Source of the DNA: Eledone cirrhosa
Lineage: Eukaryota
Assembly (NCBI GenBank): GCA_964016885.1
Contig: OZ024745.1
Location: forward strand, 107,136,001-107,200,000
Length of the DNA stretch: 64,000 bases
Direction: 5' to 3'
Both the position numbers and the translations under genes were made by a program. Below the pieces are notes generated by a model that was not told the DNA's origin, searched no databases, and saw nothing but the letters and a program-made list of their open reading frames with translations. Shown here piece after piece: positions 56,526 to 64,000 of the stretch (the stretch's first letter is position 1; each line of letters opens with the position of its first letter).

Positions 56526-56673
56526 ATATTTGTTCTATGGTTTTAAATATTTATATATATATATTATCCCTGTCGAGCCCTCTTCGGATTTTAGTCTTCA
56601 CATTTATTATTATTATTATTACTATATATATATTGTAGAGACCTATAAATACCATACTTATTTTTTGATACCC

Positions 56674-56724
56674 AGATTCCTGATGATTTCTAAAGAATGA
56701 AACAGTTCTAGTCCTGTAGAATCT
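56674..56724 (+). ncRNA. Minimal type I hammerhead ribozyme in a ~180-bp TA-flanked element (56633-56810)
   Basis: agattc-CTGATGA-tttc taaa gaat-GAA-acag ttctagtc ctgt-A-gaatct; followed by a TACTC...GAGTAC tail. Confidence 0.75.
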
Positions 56725-57340
56725 CATCTATATTAAAACTTTTATACTCTGCAATGTATTGAGTACCTTACTTACTGTGGTTACCTCCGATTCAACCCGG
56801 AATAACGTGTATATATATATATATATATATATATATCTAGGGCGGGAAAAATTCCCGAGATCCATGGACGAGTTCTCTCCAGCGGTCTCTGTCCCTCATT
56901 ATCGCTGCCATATCCTGCGTCTCCAACAGACCAGTGTCTGTCCTTAGGGCATCAACGTACGTTAGCCTTCGTCTTCCTGTATGTGTGAGTGTATGGATAT
57001 GTTTATGGGTGACTATGTATGTGCATGTATATGTATTTGTTATAAGAACAGATTAAACGTTAAGCATAGAATCACTGCTTTCACCCTTAACGGGATCTTC
57101 TGAAACTGAAAAAAATCAATCCGTGGACGCAGAAGTGAATATTTCGAAAAAAGTTACAACCAAAGAAAACTGGAAGATGATATGTTGGTACGTGAAGAAG
57201 TTCGCTGGCAATGGACGGAAATAAGCGAGGATAATTACGTCGTTGTGTGTGAGAAGAAAAATATCTTGAAAAGACAAAGCCACATTAGACAAATATTCTA
57301 TTTAGAATAACCGGATGATTTCCAGTTCCGGAGTTTGAGA

Positions 57341-57532
57341 ATAATTGTTTCTACTTTTGGCACAAGGCCATCAATTAATCAGTGCATTACTGGTACTTTA
57401 TTTTATCGACCCCGTAAGGATGAAAGGCAAAGTTAACATCGGCGGGATTTGAACTCAGAATGGCAAGGGCCGTAACTCTATTCGTCAAATCATAGCGTCC
57501 GACCCCGACCGATACCTGCCAATCCACCGCCC
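57341..57532 (-). mobile_element. Full-length tRNA-SINE with 12-bp TSD; a truncated copy follows at 57590-57710
   Basis: tttgagaataat at 57334-57345 and 57534-57545. Confidence 0.9.
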
Positions 57533-57729
57533 TTTTGAGAATAATGTAAATAAAATTATTAAACGAAAATGACAGAGGTTATTAATAATAGTTGTTTCTA
57601 GTTTTGGCACAAGGCCAGCAATTATCCCAGGGTATTACTGGTACTTTATTTTATCGACCCCGTAAGGATGAAAGGCATAGTTAACCTCGGCAGGATTTGA
57701 ACTCAGATCATATATATATATATATATAT

Positions 57730-57991
57730 AAGTCTAAAGTCTGCCTTAAGCCAGAAGGCTCATTTGGCCGGTGCTTATTCCGGTTCCATGGTGTGAAGCG
57801 ACTGAGAGTACAAGACCCCCCCCCACTGGACAGGACGCCAATCCATCGTAGGGTTAAATCCCCAGCTATTGCTGGTACACATTTTCAGTCGAGTATACTG
57901 GGGCAACGTGAAATGAAATGTTTTGCTCAGGAACACAACAGGCAACCTAGGAATTGAACCCACAACAATATGACCGTAAGTCCAACACGCT

Positions 57992-57992
<1 letters not shown>
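57730..57992 (-). mobile_element. tRNA-derived SINE, second family
   Basis: Minus strand gggttcaattcc B box then gtgttcctgagcaaaacatttcatttcacgttg, similar to 12290-12402. Confidence 0.65.
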
Positions 57993-58048
<56 letters not shown>

Positions 58049-58082
58049 TTATATATATATATATATATATACATATATATAT

Positions 58083-58503
58083 AATAAGGGTTGACGGACC
58101 CAGCATATTTATCAATGCCAGTACCGGTTGTATCTCAGCGCACTCAATGGGCAATGTAAGATACATTACCAGAGTATACACATAGTTACTTGCCTCAACA
58201 CAACACACGTAAAACGGGGGCCTATAAAGTTCCCGGACTCGAGTTTCTGCCGCACTAATGCAGCAGTAAGGTGCACTGCACCATCTGTCTGCATATATTA
58301 TGCAACAATGCACAATCGGCTTATGCGGCTTCATCAGCGGGTATCGCCTAATCAATAACCAATCGATCGACAGAATCCAAACACCGGCCCATGTCGGTCA
58401 CGACTGTTTGTGACAACCGACACGGTAAAGCGATTAACTGGCAACCGATAGCACTCTATCTCTCAACTAGCCACTGATTTACAAATTTTACGTGGGGACG
58501 GGA
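58083..58503 (-). mobile_element. ~430-bp hammerhead-containing element (copy 2)
   Basis: Reverse complement of 11810-12238. Confidence 0.85.
58232..58341 (-). ncRNA. Type I hammerhead ribozyme with extended stem II
   Basis: cccg-CTGATGA-a-gccgca...tgcggc-a-GAAAC-tcga-GTC-cggg. Confidence 0.8.
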
Positions 58504-58734
58504 AGCTAAAAAGAATTAATCTTTTAGTTCCTGTCAGAAGCCCTCAGCCAACGTGTCTCACACACAAATTATCAAGGGGTGAAAAGATAGCTATTAGAAA
58601 TAGCAGTTCACATGGTAGCATTCGGTTCATGTCTCCAAGTCCCATGGCTAGAGGAAAGCGATGGTAACAATGGCAGTGCCAAGAACCTTTAACGGACTTT
58701 AAATGCGATTATCCATTATATAACAATATAGTAG

Positions 58735-58766
<32 letters not shown>

Positions 58767-58767
<1 letters not shown>

Positions 58768-59426
58768 ATAAAAATAGTCCTTCGTCAGTGATTTTCCAAC
58801 CATCATTGGTATTTCATCGCATTAAAAATCAGATACCTCAGGTTGGTGCGAGCAATAACTAAAAAAAGTTACTGGGACCAGTAAATCGCGTAAAGCGAGT
58901 GGGACAAGTAAACAACATAGAAGGATAAAAGCAAACCGAAGATAGGAAAATAAACAAGCAACATGGTTGTCCGGTCAGCATAAACTGGGTGGATATCATG
59001 AGCGAGAGAGGTAAAGACCGTATCGATGTGTGTGCGATGGGAGCGAGAAGAGACCCACACAAGCCAAACGGGAGGAAGTGAGAAGGGGAGAAACAGAGAG
59101 TGAGTGCGTGGAAGTGTGAGGAAGAGGTCAGTCGAGAGAAAGTGTAACTGACAGAGGGGGCGAAAGAAGGTGGGAGAAACAGAGAGAGCGGGGAAGCAGT
59201 AAGAGAGAAACAGACAAACGCAGCCGAGGTAAATATATATAAAAAACATGAGAAGAAAGAAGAATACTGCGTTGTTTGCACATGGGTTACATATGATAAA
59301 AATAGTCCTTCGTCAGTGATTTTCCAACCATCATTGGTATTTCATCGCATTAAAAATCAGATACCTCAGATTGGTGCGAGCAATAACTAAAAAAAGTTCT
59401 TGGGACCAGTAATTCGCGTAAAGCGA
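58767..59426 (-). repeat. TA-flanked element with ~130-bp direct terminal repeats
   Basis: 58767-58897 is near-identical to 59296-59426; each ends on the minus strand in CTGACGAaggac. Confidence 0.8.
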
Positions 59427-59471
59427 TATATATATATATATATGTATATGTAGGGTGTCTAAAATTCTCGA

Positions 59472-59546
<75 letters not shown>

Positions 59547-59585
59547 TATATATATATGTAGGGTGGATAACATTTTCGAGAATAT

Positions 59586-59635
<50 letters not shown>

Positions 59636-60082
59636 GGGGGGGGGGAGAGAGGGATAAGGTATTTCTGAGTTATTTTGCATGTTGTGCATCTGATCTTATT
59701 TATCTTAATTATTAAATTACTTCGATCTCTTAAAATGCTGAAGAATTTCTTTATTCTGAAAATGTTTGTGTCGACATTTCACTTTCAGTTTCTGTAATTG
59801 GATTTCAAGCGTTTCCCTTTTTCTAAAGTTAAGAATCGTAGTTTAAATGATAACGATTTTCTTCTCAATATCTTATACCATAACTGCCTCACCAGAATCA
59901 TCGAAATAAGAAATATAATCTTTCCTTGTATATAAAAAAAATTATAAGCTAGATTGTCCTCGACATTTTCAGTATGCTCCAAAATATTCTAAAATACAAA
60001 AATATATATATTTATTGCTTATGATAATAGGAAAAAAAATTAAATGCAATATCTTAAATTGAAATATCTAAATCTGCTTCTG

Positions 60083-60151
<69 letters not shown>

Positions 60152-60215
60152 CGTATGTGTGAGCATGTGTGTATGATTTCATCTATATATAAATATAAAT
60201 AAATATATATAAATG

Positions 60216-60247
<32 letters not shown>

Positions 60248-60589
60248 GAGACACCATATATATATATATATATATATATATGGATAAATTAATTGGTGAG
60301 GTTCAAGTTAAATTAATATTGAACAATAAAAAAGTTATTCTGTACTGAGTATAAATTATATACGATAAATATATATATATATATATATATTTATACGTAC
60401 ATACATATATGCATACAGTAGTATGTATATATATATACATACATGCACACATATATATATATATATGTACGTATGGATTTACCGAACATTTATTATAATG
60501 CTCGGTGTGTTTGTAAACAAACATCCCGAATTAAGCCGTACAGTGTTTAGCAACCATCGTTGCCCATTTGTTCAACACTGACAAAGGAA

Positions 60590-60630
60590 CGATGTACTAG
60601 TTTCATGCTTATTAGCTATCGTCAGCACCG
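60590..60630 (-). ncRNA. Minimal type I hammerhead ribozyme (inverted copy)
   Basis: cggtg-CTGACGA-tagctaataagcat-GAAAC-ta-GTA-catcg. Confidence 0.65.
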
Positions 60631-60784
60631 TATACCTTCCTGCTAGATGATTGATCCTGCCAGATCATTTTCGGTGCGCCCTGCCGATTAACTCACTCGA
60701 TATGCAAATTAGGCTGTTCAGCCGTTAATATGCATAAGGAAAGTATATACTTTCAGACGTTCAATCATCTGGCAGCAAGGTATA

Positions 60785-60825
60785 CGGTGCTGACGATAGC
60801 TAATAAGCTTGAAACTAGTACATCG
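60785..60825 (+). ncRNA. Minimal type I hammerhead ribozyme
   Basis: cggtg-CTGACGA-t agct aata agct t-GAAAC-ta-GTA-catcg; ACTAGT palindrome in stem III (dimer-type). Confidence 0.75.
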
Positions 60826-61002
60826 GGGCAACGATGGTTGATAAACACTGTACGGCTTAATTCGGGATGTTTGTTTACAAACACACCGATCATTATAATA
60901 AATGTTCGGTAAATCCATACGTACATAATATGTGTGCATGTATGTATATATATATTTACTACTGTATGTCTGTATTCATATATGTATGTACGTATACATA
61001 CT

Positions 61003-61093
<91 letters not shown>

Positions 61094-61783
61094 TGTTATA
61101 CTTGGGCAGGGTCATAATGTTGTAATAATATTGCCAGAAATAATAACAGAACACACTCACAGTTTCGTAGGTTTTCGCTTCTGTATCTTTTACATCTACA
61201 CAGTTAATTCATTTGGCCATCAATGTTTATCACTGACTGACCAACGGTCAAACATCCAGATATAAATACATATATATACTCTAACAAAGTTCTTTCGTTG
61301 CACATCTGCAACATCATCAGTGGTACTATTATGTTTTTTTCTCCTGTTCTATTGTATGTCTACGCCATTTTTATTTTATATGTTTATTTATTTATTTTTG
61401 ACTTCTTCTGTGTGCATGCGTTTGCGTGTGTGTATAGTGTTTGGTGTATATGTTCGTGTTTGGCTGACTGTTTTGGTTATTGTATTCTATCTTAGTTTAT
61501 TAGTGTGTGTTTATATGTGTTTGTTGTTATTGTGCCTGTGTAAATATTTATTTATTTATATTTCTCTTAAGTCAGTATTGTTTGTTTGGGTGTTGTTTTT
61601 CCATTCATTTTTTCTGTTTAACTTTGGCTTTCTAAGCTCTATTTCGCTTGCCTCTCTGATTTGCCTACCTGCTGGGTCATTTCTATGTTTAGATATTATT
61701 TAAATTTCTATGTTGTCTATGTTACCGTCATGTTGTTGTCTGGCGTTTTCGTACAGTACTGAACCGTTTTTTTTATTGTCCTT

Positions 61784-63400
61784 TTAATTCCCCCCAGTTT
61801 GGTCTATTCTTTCTCCTATGCTACGAGCTGTCTCGCCTATGTATATAGTTGTCATGTTTCTGCAAGTACCCTTTGTATATCTTATGCTATAGACTACATA
61901 TCTAGTTTTACAGTTTATCTGGTGGTTTACTTTACATATAACACATTTCTTATTAGTACAGTGGGTTTTCTTAAACATAATTAACTTAAAAGGTTATGTT
62001 TTGCTGATCAGGGATTTTATGGTAGTTCCTGGTTTTTCTACCACTTTAATCTTTAAGTGGGTCTTTCTCAGGGCCTTTCTACAATGGTTAGCTAATTTCC
62101 CTCCAAGGGTAGCGTACACGAACATGACACTCTGGTATCTCTGCTTGTCGTACCATGAGGTGGCTTTCCCTATCTTATGTTTAGTCCTATCTAAGCTATT
62201 CCATAATTTGCTCCTGTATAATGGGCAAATTCCTTTCATGTCCAGTTCTATGAGGGTCTTATACTTCTCCATGGCTCCTTTGTATACTCTGATTCTGTCT
62301 CTTTGTATGTAGCCAGAGAACTGCATGCGGTTGCTGAAGTGTTGGATGTCTATTTCCATTTCTGTTGGGTCGCACATGCGGGACATGTTCTTCATCACTC
62401 GTACCAAGTCGGCGATCAGAATATTAAACTTAGTACTACTGGACATTGCTGAGTTTTTTAGTATCAGGTATTTGGAAGCCATGAGTCTAGCGTAGTGTTA
62501 GTGGAGAATTTGGGCCCTCTCGTCTATAGTGTTAATCCACAGTTCCGTGTCAAATACAGGTAGTCTATTGTTAGGGTAGTCAATAGTTACAGTTTTACTC
62601 TGGTGTATGGAGTGAGCTATCTGATGGATGCTTTCCATTGAGCTACATTCTAAATCATATTCGTTAGTACTCTCTTGTGGGGGTTTCTTTATTACTATAT
62701 TAATATCGTCTACGTAACGAGAGTACATGATGAGGTCTATGGAGTTCTATTCAAAGAGGTCTATGGAGCTATTCAAAGAGATCTTTGAGTATCCTTTCCC
62801 ACCATACCATAAAAAGGTTGGCAACATCACCAGCTATGCTGACGCCAATGGCTGCTCCCTCATTTTGGGTGTAGATCTTTTCGTTGAATTTGAATTCTAC
62901 TCTTCTACCCTTTAGGGTAATTTTAATACTAGCCCCTATTGCATGCGCGACCATTTTTCTTACCTGATCATTGTTTTTGGGGTGTCGGTATGGCTTTGGT
63001 CCCACCAATCCACCTCCCCATGGGAGTCTTCTTTGCCATTGAGGTTATGGTGGTGGTGGTGGGGGGGGGGGTCTACCTCTTATGGATCTACTAGGGCAGA
63101 AACGGCTAAGGTCATGGCTGTCTAGGTACAGGGTGTCATAGGTAAGTCTAAGTAGGCGGCCCAGTTCATCTGTGTCGACGTCGCTGAACTCCACTTCACT
63201 CTCACTGATTATCTCCACACATTTTTCCACAGCAAAATCAATGTTAATGGATGGGTACAGTGATACCACATCCATATTGCCTATTATGCAGTTAGATAGG
63301 TTTTTGTTTTTGTTGCATTCATTGATTCTGCTGAAGAGGTCCTCTGTACTGTCACATACATCTGAGGTCATCTTGATTATGGGGCGTATAACCAGTGAGT
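61784..63400 (-). mobile_element. Penelope-like element relic: RT + C-terminal GIY-YIG endonuclease, frameshifted and 5'-truncated
   Basis: RPIIK, GNMDVVSLYPSI, QNEGAAIG...ANLFM, RYVDD, LPVFD, a Cys-rich linker (HCTNKKCVIC...NCK) and VVYSI...YIGETARSIGERI. Confidence 0.9.
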
Positions 63401-63545
63401 GTGTTCTGTTATTATTTCTGGCAATATTATTACAATATGACCCTCCCCAAGTATAACAATATTTGTTTCAACACACGATTTCATATCAAAAACCTCGCAA
63501 AACAAATTCATCACCGTCATATATATACATATATATATATATATA

Positions 63546-63738
63546 ATAATTGTTTCTACTTTTGGCACAAGGCCAGCAATTATCCAGTGCATTACTGGTT
63601 CTTTATTTTATCGACCCCGTAAGGATGAAAGGCAAAGTTAACCTCGGCGGGATTTGAACTCAAACCATAAAGGGGCGTAACTCTTTGCTGCAAAGCATAG
63701 CGTCAGACCCTCTACCGATACTGCCAATCCACCGCCCT
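63546..63738 (-). mobile_element. Full-length tRNA-SINE
   Basis: Consensus match. Confidence 0.9.
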
Positions 63739-64000
63739 GGATTATATTCATTATTATATATATATATATAATAATGAATATAATCTAAGTTGCAGCTGCA
63801 AGTACATATATAAATAACATACAGAAATCATTGTAAGAAGAGAACGATATTATATTATTTCTACATTACACGTATTTTTACTTGTTCATGATGAAAAGGG
63901 AATATTCATCCTCAACCTATTAGATACAGCAACGAAATCTCCCTCAAATTATATCCTTGAAAAGGTTACAACACAGCGCAGATGATCAAGGCTAGAAGAC

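Larger units (their letters stand above)
60370..60970. mobile_element. TA-flanked fold-back mini-element with two opposed hammerheads
   Basis: IR ~60465-60655 versus ~60761-60926, extending into low-complexity flanks. Confidence 0.8.

Noticed and set aside
59735-59785. CTGAAGA...GAAAATGT...ACATTTC hammerhead-like string
   Set aside because: No stem I, and stem II overlaps the core; likely chance.

Overview
AT-rich, microsatellite-dense animal genomic DNA. The repeat repertoire (a ~190-bp tRNA-derived SINE, RTE, R4/Dong, Tx1 and Penelope-like elements, long TA/CA/TACA/GATA tracts) suggests an octopod cephalopod; this is an inference. No intact host protein-coding gene can be supported, and most ORF-track entries are microsatellite translations. 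The real coding signal is decayed retrotransposon: RTE fragments, three R4/Dong-like 3' ends in (CATA)n, a ~4-kb Tx1/L1-like element in (GATA)n that lacks its endonuclease, and a Penelope-like RT + GIY-YIG relic. The most notable non-coding signal is a set of about a dozen hand-foldable hammerhead ribozyme motifs from at least six unrelated short element families. Most are TA-flanked and arranged as fold-back inverted repeats, and one forms a 555-bp tandem retrozyme-like array. Several non-autonomous (ATGT)n-tailed retroelements also share a 3' stem-loop. All structures were folded by eye; no searches were run.
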